Below are positions 31,154 through 41,200 of a stretch of 64,000 nt of DNA, one piece after another; positions within the stretch are counted from its first letter, which is position 1; each line of letters opens with the position of its first letter. The stretch covers positions 381 through 64,380 of the forward strand of contig CABSYW010000010.1 in the NCBI GenBank assembly GCA_902482035.1, written 5' to 3'. The notes under the pieces were generated by a model. It was not told the origin of the DNA. It ran no database searches and worked only from the letters and a program-made list of their open reading frames with translations. A program made the translations under genes and the position numbers. Source of the DNA: an uncultured Collinsella sp. (GTDB taxonomy: Bacteria; Actinomycetota; Coriobacteriia; Coriobacteriales; Coriobacteriaceae).

Positions 31154-32050
31154 GTGACCGATTGGTCCCTGACTCTTTCCGCGCCGGCAAAGATTAACCT
31201 CTACCTGGGGGTTCATACCGAGCGCGATGACCGCGGCTACCACAGGGTCGATTCCCTAATGGCAGCCGTCGGTCTTTCCGATACCGTGACGGTCACGCCG
31301 GCGCAGGCGCTGACCGTCCAGACGGTTCCGGCATCCGATTTTCCCATGCAAAAAAATACGGCTTATCGGGCGGCAATCGCTATGGCCGAGCATTACGGTC
31401 ACGATGCCAACGTGTGCGTGACGATCGAAAAGCGTATCCCGCTGTGCGCCGGCCTGGGAGGTCCCTCGACGGATGCCGCTGCGGTCATTGTCGCCTTGGT
31501 CGAGCTGTGGGGTATCGACCGCACCGATCCTGCGCTGGACGAGATTGCGCGTGGCATTGGCGCTGACGTCCCGTTCTTTTTGCACGCGAGCCCTGCGTTC
31601 TACGTAGGTGGGGGAGACGTGCTGGCAACTGAGTACCTCGCGCTGCCCGCGACGCCCGTCGTACTGGTTAAGCCGCGCGAGACAAGCGTTTCAACAATTG
31701 AAGCCTATCGACGTTTTGATGAGAACCCGGTACCGGCAGACAAGCCTGGCGCGATCGCTTCGGCCCTGCGTGCTGGGGATGCCGAGACGGCATATGCGCT
31801 CGTTCATAACAATCTGGGCGTCATATCCGCGCAGATGGAGCCGCAGATCCAGACGGTTCTTGACTGGCTGAGCGCGCAGGAGGGAACCGTTGCCGTGAAC
31901 GTGTGCGGTTCGGGTGCCTGTTCTTTTGCCATCTGCGATACCGCCGCTACGGCAGTCCATCTTGCGGAAGCTGCCCAGCAAAACGGCTGGTGGTCCTGCG
32001 CGACGGAGCTCATTCCCAACACGGTTCGCGTCGAAGTGCCAAAGAAGTAA
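31154..32050 (+). CDS. ispE: 4-diphosphocytidyl-2-C-methyl-D-erythritol kinase
   Basis: APAKINLYL, KRIPLCAGLGGPSTDAA, GADVPFF, CGSG. Confidence 0.93.
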   Translation: MTDWSLTLSAPAKINLYLGVHTERDDRGYHRVDSLMAAVGLSDTVTVTPAQALTVQTVPASDFPMQKNTAYRAAIAMAEHYGHDANVCVTIEKRIPLCAGLGGPSTDAAAVIVALVELWGIDRTDPALDEIARGIGADVPFFLHASPAFYVGGGDVLATEYLALPATPVVLVKPRETSVSTIEAYRRFDENPVPADKPGAIASALRAGDAETAYALVHNNLGVISAQMEPQIQTVLDWLSAQEGTVAVNVCGSGACSFAICDTAATAVHLAEAAQQNGWWSCATELIPNTVRVEVPKK

Positions 32051-32099
32051 AAATTTCTCTAGCACACGACGGAAATCTTTGTTACTATAGTCGAGCTAA

Positions 32100-32176
32100 C
32101 GGGTTGTGGCTCAGTTTGGTAGAGCACTGCGTTCGGGACGCAGGGGTCGCTGGTTCAAATCCAGTCAACCCGACCA
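32100..32176 (+). tRNA. tRNA-Pro(CGG)
   Basis: CGGGTTGTGGCTCAGTTTGGTAGAGCACTGCGTTCGGGACGCAG...CAACCCGACCA. Confidence 0.96.
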
Positions 32177-32186
32177 GAGCATGAGG

Positions 32187-32216
32187 AGGGACCGCTTCTT
32201 GCGGTCCCTTTTTTTA
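32187..32216 (+). terminator. Intrinsic terminator after tRNA-Pro
   Basis: AGGGACCGC-TTCTT-GCGGTCCCT followed by a T-run. Confidence 0.75.
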
Positions 32217-32288
32217 GCTATTGTTGTGATACCGCGATACCCGCGGTATACTCATTCGAGCTTGTCTCGCTGTATTGTGGAGGTCTAC

Positions 32289-32564
32289 ATGTTTGGACTG
32301 AGGGCTCCTGAGCTCATCATTATTCTCGTCGTTGTCCTGATTATCTTCGGGCCCAAGAACCTGCCGAAGCTCGGCAAGTCCCTCGGCTCTACCGTCAAGA
32401 ATATCCGCGAGGGTATGGAGGGCGACGATAAGGCCGAGACCAAGCAGGCCGAGGAGGTCGTGGTCGAGCAGTCCGAGGAGGACAAGGAGATCGCTGAGCT
32501 CGAGGCCAAGCTCGCTGCTGCCAAGAAGAAGCAGGCAGAGGACAGCGACGCGGACGCAGAGTAG
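32289..32564 (+). CDS. tatA: Twin-arginine translocase TatA/E subunit
   Basis: ELIIILVVVLIIFGPKNLPKLGKSLG. Confidence 0.9.
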   Translation: MFGLRAPELIIILVVVLIIFGPKNLPKLGKSLGSTVKNIREGMEGDDKAETKQAEEVVVEQSEEDKEIAELEAKLAAAKKKQAEDSDADAE

Positions 32565-32670
32565 TCCCATCCCTTTGGGGTGAGCACCTGACCGGCTTGC
32601 CCGCAGGCTAGCCGGTCTTTTTCGTTTTGTTGACAGTTGATTGTTTGATCAGAGTTGGGGAGATATCCGT

Positions 32671-33141
32671 ATGGACGCAAGCCAGATCGTACTGACCGCT
32701 GAGGGCCGCCAGAAGCTCGTCGAGGAGCTCGCTTGGCGTGAGGGCGATTACGCCAAGGAGATCGTCGAGGACATCAAGGAAGCCCGCGCGTTCGGCGACC
32801 TTTCGGAGAACTCCGAGTATGACGCCGCTAAGGACAAGCAGGCCCAGAACGCCGCTCGTATTGCCGAGATCCAGGCTATCCTCGCCAACGCTCAGGTTGC
32901 TGCCACCACGGGCGATTTGACCGTCTCCATCGGTTCCACCGTTTCGTTGATTGACCCCAACGGTGAGGTCATGGAGGTCACGCTTGTCGGTACCACCGAG
33001 ACCAACTCGCTCGAGCACAAGATCTCCAACGAGTCTCCGGTCGGTCACGCCATCATCGGCCACGGCGAGGGCGATTCCGTCGAGGTCGTTACGCCTTCCG
33101 GCAAGACTCGCGTCTACACCATCGCCAAGATCGCACGCTAG
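32671..33141 (+). CDS. greA: Transcription elongation factor GreA
   Basis: ARAFGDLSENSEYDAAK, ISNESPVG. Confidence 0.97.
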   Translation: MDASQIVLTAEGRQKLVEELAWREGDYAKEIVEDIKEARAFGDLSENSEYDAAKDKQAQNAARIAEIQAILANAQVAATTGDLTVSIGSTVSLIDPNGEVMEVTLVGTTETNSLEHKISNESPVGHAIIGHGEGDSVEVVTPSGKTRVYTIAKIAR

Positions 33142-33220
33142 ACCACGGTCCCGCGTAAAGGTATGTTTTCGCTCCCTGGGACCGAATCCTGGGGAGCGTT
33201 TTAGTTTGAGGAGCTAACTT

Positions 33221-35185
33221 ATGGCAGAGAACCAGAACGCCGCCGATCAGGCATCGACGCTCAACGACGAGCGCGCCACCCGCCTGGCCAAGCGCGCCGC
33301 CCTGTTCGAGGCGGGCCAGAACCCCTATCCTGAGCACTCTGAGCTTGAGGACTACGTCGCCGATATCGAGGCTAAGTATGCCGAGCTTGCCGATGGCGAG
33401 GACACCGAGGACGTCGTGAAGATTGCCGGCCGCGTGGTCGCCAAGCGCGGTCAGGGCAAGATTATGTTCATCGTCGTGCGCGATGCGACTGCCGAGATTC
33501 AGCTGTTCTGCCGCATCAACGACATGGACGAGGCTGCCTGGAATACGCTCAAGGCCCTCGACCTGGGCGACATCCTGGGCGTGACCGGCGTGGTCGTGCG
33601 CACCCAGCGCGGCCAGCTTTCCGTTGCCCCTAAGAGCGCGACCCTGCTTGCCAAGGCCGTTCGTCCGCTGCCCGAGAAGTTCCACGGTCTTTCCGACAAG
33701 GAGACCCGCTATCGCCAGCGCTATGTCGACCTGATCGCCAACGACGACGTTCGCGAGACCTTCCGTAAGCGTTCGCAGATTCTCTCTACCTTCCGTCGCT
33801 TTATGGAGTCCGACGGCTACATGGAGGTAGAGACCCCCATCCTGCAGACCATCCAGGGCGGCGCTACTGCCAAGCCGTTCATCACTCACTTCAACGCGCT
33901 CGATCAGGAGTGCTACCTGCGTATTGCCACCGAGCTGCACCTCAAGCGCTGCATTGTCGGTGGTTTTGAGCGCGTGTTCGAGATCGGCCGCATCTTCCGT
34001 AACGAGGGCATGGACCTTACCCACAACCCCGAGTTCACCACGATGGAGGCCTACCGTGCCTTCTCCGACCTCGAGGGCATGAAGGCGCTCGCCCAGGGTG
34101 TCATTAAGGCGGCTAACAAGGCCATCGGCAACCCTGAGGTCATCGAGTACCAGGGCCAGACCATCGACCTTTCTGGTGAGTGGGCCAGCCGTCCCATGAC
34201 CGACATCGTTTCCGACGTGCTCGGCAAGCAGGTCACCATCGACACGCCGGTCGAGGAGCTTGCTGCCGCCGCGCGCGAGAAGGGCCTGGAGATTAAGCCC
34301 GAGTGGACCGCTGGCAAGATTATCGCCGAGATCTACGATGAGCTGGGCGAGGACACCATCGTCAACCCCACGTTCGTGTGCGATTACCCCATCGAGGTCA
34401 GCCCGCTTGCCAAGCGCTTTGAGGACGACCCGCGCCTGACGCACCGCTTTGAGCTGGTTATTGCCGGTCACGAGTACGCCAACGCGTTCTCCGAGCTCAA
34501 CGACCCGGTCGACCAGGCTGAGCGCTTTGCTGCCCAGATGGCCGAGAAGGCCGGCGGCGACGACGAGGCCATGGAGTATGACGAGGACTACGTGCGCGCC
34601 CTCGAGTACGGTATGCCTCCCGCGGGCGGCATTGGCATCGGTATCGACCGCGTGGTCATGCTGCTTACTAACCAGGCTTCCATTCGCGATGTCCTGCTGT
34701 TCCCGCATATGAAGCCCGAGAAGGGTTTCCAGTCCGGTGCCGCTGCCGCCAAGGCTGCAGAGGCCGGCAACGCCGCGAGCCCGTTCGTTAAGTCGCTTAA
34801 GCCCACGCTCGATTACTCCAAGATCGCCGTTGAGCCGCTGTTCGAGGAGTTCGTCGACTTCGATACCTTCTCCAAGAGCGATTTCCGCGCTGTGAAGGTC
34901 AAGGCATGCGAGGCCGTCAAGAAGTCCAAGAAGCTGCTGAACTTTACGCTCGACGACGGTACCGGCACCGACCGCACCATCCTCTCCGGTATTCACGCTT
35001 ATTACGAGCCCGAGGACCTGGTCGGCAAGACCTTGCTCGCCATCACCAACCTGCCTCCGCGAAAGATGATGGGTATTCCCAGCTGCGGCATGCTAATCAG
35101 CGCTGTCCACGAGGAGGAGGGTGAGGAGCGCCTCAACCTGATCCAGCTCGACGCTTCCATCCCCGCCGGCGCAAAGATGTGCTAA
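33221..35185 (+). CDS. lysS: Lysine-tRNA ligase (class II) with C-terminal tRNA-binding OB domain
   Basis: YRQRYVDL, YLRIATELHLK, FRNEG, HNPEFT, YGMPPAGGIGIGIDR; extra MetRS/Trbp111-like C-terminal domain. Confidence 0.96.
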   Translation: MAENQNAADQASTLNDERATRLAKRAALFEAGQNPYPEHSELEDYVADIEAKYAELADGEDTEDVVKIAGRVVAKRGQGKIMFIVVRDATAEIQLFCRINDMDEAAWNTLKALDLGDILGVTGVVVRTQRGQLSVAPKSATLLAKAVRPLPEKFHGLSDKETRYRQRYVDLIANDDVRETFRKRSQILSTFRRFMESDGYMEVETPILQTIQGGATAKPFITHFNALDQECYLRIATELHLKRCIVGGFERVFEIGRIFRNEGMDLTHNPEFTTMEAYRAFSDLEGMKALAQGVIKAANKAIGNPEVIEYQGQTIDLSGEWASRPMTDIVSDVLGKQVTIDTPVEELAAAAREKGLEIKPEWTAGKIIAEIYDELGEDTIVNPTFVCDYPIEVSPLAKRFEDDPRLTHRFELVIAGHEYANAFSELNDPVDQAERFAAQMAEKAGGDDEAMEYDEDYVRALEYGMPPAGGIGIGIDRVVMLLTNQASIRDVLLFPHMKPEKGFQSGAAAAKAAEAGNAASPFVKSLKPTLDYSKIAVEPLFEEFVDFDTFSKSDFRAVKVKACEAVKKSKKLLNFTLDDGTGTDRTILSGIHAYYEPEDLVGKTLLAITNLPPRKMMGIPSCGMLISAVHEEEGEERLNLIQLDASIPAGAKMC

Positions 35186-35188
35186 CTA

Positions 35189-35420
35189 GTTACGCGGTTC
35201 TACGAACCGCGTAACGGCTCGACGCTGCGCGCCGCCCAGAGCGACAATTTGTCATTCAAAAGGCAAGGCATGACCAGAAGGTCTATGCCTTGCCTTTTTC
35301 ATGCCAACTTGTTCGCCCTGGACGTCGCTCGCTGGCGTTGCCAAAACATCGGCGTTGCCGGAGTAGTCATTGGGGACGTTCTTAAACGACTAGTCATTCA
35401 AGAACGTCCCCAATGACTAC
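35189..35420. repeat. Cluster of hairpins including a perfect 21-bp REP-like inverted repeat
   Basis: GTTACGCGGTTC/GAACCGCGTAAC; nested hairpin with AAAAGGCAAGGCAT/ATGCCTTGCCTTTT; GTAGTCATTGGGGACGTTCTT (35363-35383)/35400-35420. Confidence 0.75.
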
Positions 35421-35526
35421 CCAACGGCTATTGCGCACATGGCTCGCATGACAGTCGTCTCTTTTATGTTTCCTTTAGCCGTTGCTGCCTAGGATGGGGG
35501 TTAGTCGGTAGGAAGGGAGCGCCCGT

Positions 35527-37095
35527 ATGGACGATGTGAGCGAGCGTGCAATCGAAGAGGACATGCTCGATCAGTTCAATTACTTTGACGATGAGGATGA
35601 GGAGCTAATCGATCGTCGCGAGCCGGCATCGCTTGACTCATTTGATCTGGTCGATGAGGAACCCGACGAGGACGAGGGCGAATCAGCGGAGCCCCCACGG
35701 TCTTCGCGCCTTGACTCGCTGCTTTCGAGAGCCCCCCTACACCACGGCGTTCGTGCCGGTGCGCTCCATATGAAAACTGACTGGCACCAGATCGTGACGG
35801 CAGGCGATGAGCTTGCCGTCGATGCGCCGCTCACCGATAAATCATCCATCATCTGCCGCACCGGCATGCTTATGCTGGCAAGCGGAACAGGTGCCTGGCG
35901 CGTGCGCGATACCATGAATCGTGTTGCCGCTGTACTCGGCGTCACAATTCACGTCGACCTGAGTCTTCTGTCGTTTGAGTGCACCTGCATCGAAGATGGC
36001 CACTGCTTTAACGAGGTTGTCAGCCTGCCCACGACGGGGGTCAATACTCATCGCATTTGGATGATGGAGAGCTTCTTAAAGGAAATCGAGACATACGGCC
36101 GCCGGTTTACCGTGCACGAATACCATGAGATGCTCAAGACCGTTGAGAGCTCAAAGCCCGATTACGCTCCCTGGCAACAGGGCCTTGCGGCAGCCTGTGC
36201 TTGCGGCGCCTTCGTCTTTTTGCTCGGCGGCGGCCCTATCGAGATGGCCTGCGCATTCGTAGGCGCTGGTGTCGGTAACTTTGCTCGCTCCCATATTCTC
36301 AAGCAGGGTCTTGGCCAGTTTAGCGCGCTGACGACTGGTGTTGCGCTCGCTTGCGTTTCGTATCTGCTGGCATTGCTCGGCCTTGGCCAGGTCATTCCAG
36401 GGGCAATGTCGCACCAAGAAGGGTATATCGGCGCCATGCTCTTCGTGATTCCCGGCTTTCCCCTCATTACGGCAGGCCTCGACATCGCAAAGCTCGATAT
36501 GCGAAGCGGCATCGAGCGTCTTTCGTATGCTGTGTCAATTATTGTGATGGCGACCCTCGTAGGTTGGATGGTTGCCGAGTGTGTCGGCCTGGCGCCGGAT
36601 GACTTCGCCCCGCTCGGCCTCTCACCGTTGGCTCTTACGCTCTTGCGCATACTGATGAGCTTTGTCGGTGTATTTGGCTTTTCGGTTATGTTCAACAGCC
36701 CGGTAAAGATGGCCGCGGCGGCCGGTCTGATCGGCGCCGTGTCCAATACCTTGCGCCTTACGCTCGTCGATGCGCCGACGATGCTACCCTTCCTGGGCCT
36801 GAGCGTAGGCATGCCTCCCGAGGCGGCTGCATTTATCGGGGCGCTCGTATCGGGTCTGCTGGCAAGCCTGGCAGAAATCAAGCTCACCTACCCGCGTATC
36901 GCCCTCACGGTGCCATCGATTGTCATTATGGTGCCTGGTCTGTATCTCTATCGCTCGATGTATTACATGTGCACCTTCGACACGGTCAATATGCTCGGCT
37001 GGTTTGTGCGCGCGGTGCTCATCGTGGCGTTTTTGCCCGTTGGCTTGGGCGTGGCGAGAACCCTCACCGACCCTCGCTGGCGCCACACCAGCTAA
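35527..37095 (+). CDS. Threonine/serine exporter family protein (ThrE + ThrE_2)
   Basis: LASGTGAWRVRDTM, FVIPGFPLIT, IVIMVPGLYLYR; about 10 TM helices. Confidence 0.85.
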   Translation: MDDVSERAIEEDMLDQFNYFDDEDEELIDRREPASLDSFDLVDEEPDEDEGESAEPPRSSRLDSLLSRAPLHHGVRAGALHMKTDWHQIVTAGDELAVDAPLTDKSSIICRTGMLMLASGTGAWRVRDTMNRVAAVLGVTIHVDLSLLSFECTCIEDGHCFNEVVSLPTTGVNTHRIWMMESFLKEIETYGRRFTVHEYHEMLKTVESSKPDYAPWQQGLAAACACGAFVFLLGGGPIEMACAFVGAGVGNFARSHILKQGLGQFSALTTGVALACVSYLLALLGLGQVIPGAMSHQEGYIGAMLFVIPGFPLITAGLDIAKLDMRSGIERLSYAVSIIVMATLVGWMVAECVGLAPDDFAPLGLSPLALTLLRILMSFVGVFGFSVMFNSPVKMAAAAGLIGAVSNTLRLTLVDAPTMLPFLGLSVGMPPEAAAFIGALVSGLLASLAEIKLTYPRIALTVPSIVIMVPGLYLYRSMYYMCTFDTVNMLGWFVRAVLIVAFLPVGLGVARTLTDPRWRHTS

Positions 37096-37314
37096 TTGGT
37101 GCAAGGGGGACAGGTCACTTTGCACCAAATGAGTTGTGGTGAAATAGGGACTGAATTGCTGCTTAAAGGGTCAAAACAGTCCGTATTCCACCGCAACTTA
37201 TGGGGTCGGGGGATTTTGGTGCCCTGCATCTCCACAAACTCAACGCTTACGAAGCGCGCGCCGTTCGTGTTAGGGTAGTTCCACCACATAAGTAGTCGCA
37301 GACGCACGTACCAC

Positions 37315-37363
37315 GGGCGGGCGAGATGAAGTCCAAGTAACTCCATCTCGCCCGCCCATTTTT
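37315..37363 (+). terminator. Terminator-like hairpin ~45 nt upstream of the DUF2798-like gene (possible attenuator)
   Basis: 14-bp stem GGGCGGGCGAGATG/CATCTCGCCCGCCC followed by ATTTTTG. Confidence 0.6.
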
Positions 37364-37407
37364 GTTGCGTGGCGTTGCGGCGCAAAACAGAAAGGATTTC
37401 GCCCTTT

Positions 37408-37956
37408 ATGCCTATCAACAAACGAGAGAGCCTGCTGTTCACCTTTATCATGTGCTTTTGCATGGTGCTCTGGATGAGCATCTACAACGTTGCCCTGCAG
37501 CATGGGGCCATCAACGGCGAGGTTGTTGCCGCTGCATGGCTCGGCTTCCCCGTTGCCTACGTCTTTGCCATGTGCTGCGACTGGTTTGTTGCCAGCCCGC
37601 TGGCCAAAGGCTTTGCCTTCAAGTTCCTGGTTACTCCGGGCAAGAGCTCGCCGCTCGCTATGACGCTCGCCGTCAGCTCCTGCATGGTCGTTCCCATGGT
37701 CATCATCATGTCGCTGTACGGTGCCTGCGAGGGTCTGACGCACATGCCCGGCGGCATCCTTGCGAACCTGTATTCCGTGCCCGCGATCTGGATGATCAAC
37801 ATCCCGCATAATTTTGTGATGGCGCTGCCGTGGAACCTTTTGGTAGCCGGTCCGATTTCCCACTTCGTCTTCCGTCGCGCCTTCCCTGTGGGGACGGTTT
37901 TCGAGGAGGAGCATGCCGAGCTCTTGGAGCAGGCTATGGCTCCTGAGTGCGAGTAG
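37408..37956 (+). CDS. DUF2798-like membrane protein
   Basis: MPINKRESLLFTFIMCFCMVLWMSIYN, MVIIMSLYG, NFVMALPWNLLVAGP; RBS AAAGGA. Confidence 0.7.
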   Translation: MPINKRESLLFTFIMCFCMVLWMSIYNVALQHGAINGEVVAAAWLGFPVAYVFAMCCDWFVASPLAKGFAFKFLVTPGKSSPLAMTLAVSSCMVVPMVIIMSLYGACEGLTHMPGGILANLYSVPAIWMINIPHNFVMALPWNLLVAGPISHFVFRRAFPVGTVFEEEHAELLEQAMAPECE

Positions 37957-38167
37957 CTCGCTTAGGGATCTGCTGAGCGCGGGCGACTTGCTTGGTTGGA
38001 GCCCTAAGCGTGGATAGCTCTCTCGGCGACATCGCGGGCGTGAGCGGTGCGCATGACCGGAGGGCCCGTGCTGCTCCGTTGCCCGACGTGCTAGCGCGCA
38101 GAACAATCTGTTGGTGCATTCGGCGGCTGCTGAAGCGTTTCGGCAGCCGCTTTTTATACGGAGTTTA

Positions 38168-38188
38168 AATACAACAGTCTGTTGTATT
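38168..38188. promoter_or_regulatory. Perfect palindromic operator, probably bound by the downstream TetR
   Basis: AATACAACAG-T-CTGTTGTATT, about 50 nt before the ATG. Confidence 0.7.
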
Positions 38189-38237
38189 ACGTAGAGTGGT
38201 ATATCTCTAGCGGGAAAAATGCGAGAGACGGAGCATT

Positions 38238-41200
38238 ATGGCGTTGCTAGTAGGACTGGACGTAGGGTCGACGACGACCAAAGTTTACGCGATGCACGAG
38301 GATATGACCGAGGCGTGGTGGGGATATCGCCGCCACGGGGCGTGTCAGACAGCGAGCGTGCGCGCCATGCTCGGCGAGCTCGCCGAGCGCTTTCCCCATG
38401 AGTCACTGCGCGTTGCGGTGACCGGCTCGGGTGCGCGCGATATCGCGACCGCGCTGGGCGCCTCGTACGTTCAGGAGGTGGTCGCCAACGCGCTCGCGAT
38501 CAGCAGGTTCTATCCGCAGACGCGCTGCGCCATCGAGCTGGGCGGCCAAGACGCCAAGATGATCTTCTTCCGCACCAACGATAAGGGAGACATCGAGGTT
38601 GCCGACATGCGCATGAACGGCTCGTGCGCAGGCGGTACCGGTGCATTTATCGACGAGATGGCAAAGCTCATGGGGGTCGGCACCGAATCGGGCGAGTTCG
38701 AGCAGCTCGCAAGCCGGGGAACGACCGTCCACGAGGTCTCGGGCCGCTGCGGCGTGTACGCAAAGACCGATATCCAGCCGCTGCTCAACGAGGGCATTCC
38801 TACCACCGACCTGGCGCTTTCGGCGCTTCACGCGGTCGCCCGCCAAACGATCGGCGGTCTGGCCCAGGGTATCGACATCGAGCCGCCGGTAATCTTCGAG
38901 GGCGGTACGCTCGCCTACAACCCCACACTGGTCCGCGTGTTCCGGGAGCAACTGAATCTATCGGACGATCAGGTTATCGTCCCGCGCGATCCGCAGATCA
39001 TGGTCGCGCGCGGTGCCGCCCTGTCGCTGACCGACATGTTCGCATCGTCCCAACCGATCGACCTTCCCGACGCTTTTGTCCGGCTGGATAAGCTCGAGAC
39101 GGTCGCGCCCGCAAGCGGGGAGGGACGTCTTGCCCAGCCCTTTTTTGCCACACCTGCCGAGCAGGCGGATTTTACGGCACGCCATGGCAAAGAGACGCCG
39201 GCAAAGGGTCCGGATGCGTATGCGCCCGGAGAGACGGTGCGTGTGGCGCTCGGTATCGATTCGGGGAGCACGACGACCAAGTTCGCCCTGGTCGATGAGG
39301 CGGGTGAGCTTGTCGATTCGTTCTACGCGTCTAATAACGGCAGACCGCTCGACGTCGCCCAACAGGGTCTTGTCAGCTTGAAGAACCGCTGGGAGACAGC
39401 GGGAGTCACGCTTGCGATCGATGCCGTGGGCACCACGGGATACGGCGAGGAGCTTTTCGCGCGCGCGTTCCACGCCGACTACCATACGGTCGAGACGGTC
39501 GCGCACGCCCGCGCCGCGTGCGCATGCGTTCCCGATGCGACCTTCGTGCTCGACATCGGCGGACAGGATATGAAGGCCATCTGGCTCAACCACGGCGTGC
39601 TGACCGATATCGTCGTCAACGAGGCGTGCTCTGCGGGCTGCGGCTCGTTCCTCGAGGGTTTTGCCAAAAACCTCGGAATAGCCGTTGAGGATATCGCGAC
39701 CGAGGCATTTTCGTCCAAAGCCCCCGCCGTTCTCGGCAGCCGCTGCACGGTGTTCATGAACAGCAGCGTCGTTTCCGAGCAGCGGCGCGGTAAGGGTCCG
39801 GGCGACATCATGGCCGGTCTCTGCCGTTCGATTATCGAGAACGTGTTCACCAAGGTCATTCGCGTTTCAAATCTCAACCGTCTGGGCGACAAAGTCGTCG
39901 TCCAGGGCGGCACGTTCCGAAACGACGCGGTGCTGCGCGCATTCGAGCAGTATCTGGGCAAACCCGTCACGCGTGCGCCCCACCCGGGGCTGATGGGCGC
40001 TATCGGTATCGCCCTGCTTGCGCGCGAGGAATGCCGCAAGGGCGACGCCGGCACGTCGTTTATCGGGCTCGATGCCGTGGAGCGCTTCGAGCATCGCGAG
40101 TTCGGCGGCGTTACCTGCCGTCGGTGCAACAACCGCTGCCGGCGCGCGGTCGTGGCATTTGGCGACGGCTCGCTTTACGTCACGGGCAATCGCTGCCCGC
40201 GCGGCGGCGCCATCTCATGGGATGAGCTCGTGCGCGAGGTTCCCGCGGCGGAGGAGCTGCGTCCGCAGGGTGCTTGCGAGGCACAGGCACCCGGCACGGG
40301 GCGCGACCGGACCGCGGCTGCCCCCAATCTCTTTGTCGACCGCGAGAAGCTGCTGTTCGAGTCGTGCCCCACGGTTCCCGTCTGCGGGGGGCGCGATGTC
40401 ACGATCGGCATTCCCCGTGTGCTCGAGTTCTGGGACACCATGCCGTTCTGGTCGACGTTCTTCAGCACGCTCGGCTTTAAGGTGCGCGTCTCGGGACGCA
40501 GCACCAAGGCGATGTACGAGCGCGGTCTGGCGCACGTCACATCCGACACCGTGTGCTTCCCGGCCAAGCTCGTCCACGGGCACATCCGCAATCTCGTCGA
40601 CGCCGGCGTCGACCGCATCTTCATGCCCATCATCACGACGGTGCCCACCGAAAACACCGCCTCTACCAGCGAGTGGATGTGCGCCGTCGTAAAGGGATAC
40701 CCCTACGTGATGCGCAATTCCGATAACCCGGAGGAGCGTTTCGGCGTTCCGTTCGATACGCCGCTGTTCCACTGGTACGACGAGGGCGACCGAAACCGCC
40801 AGCTCAAGGCGTGGTGCAAGGAGACCTTCGATATCGATGCCGACCTGGTTGCCAAGGCGACCGAGCAGGCGGACCGCGCGCAGCAGACGTTTGAGAACCA
40901 GCTGCAGCTGCGCGGCAGGCAGGTGCTCGAGAACGTGCGCGAGGACGGCGGCTACGCGGTGGTGATCGCTTCGCGCCCGTACCACAACGACCCGCTGGTC
41001 AACCACGGGCTGCCCAAGCTCTTCTCTGAGCGCGGCATCCCCGTGCTGACGCCCGATGCGGTGCCGGGGGTCTGCAACGTCGATCTTTCCAACAGCCGCA
41101 TCGACATCGTGAACAACTACCATGCGCGCATGCTGTCGTGCGCGGTCATCGTTGCATCGACGCCCGAGCTCGAGCTCGTGCAGATGGGCAGCTTCGGCTG

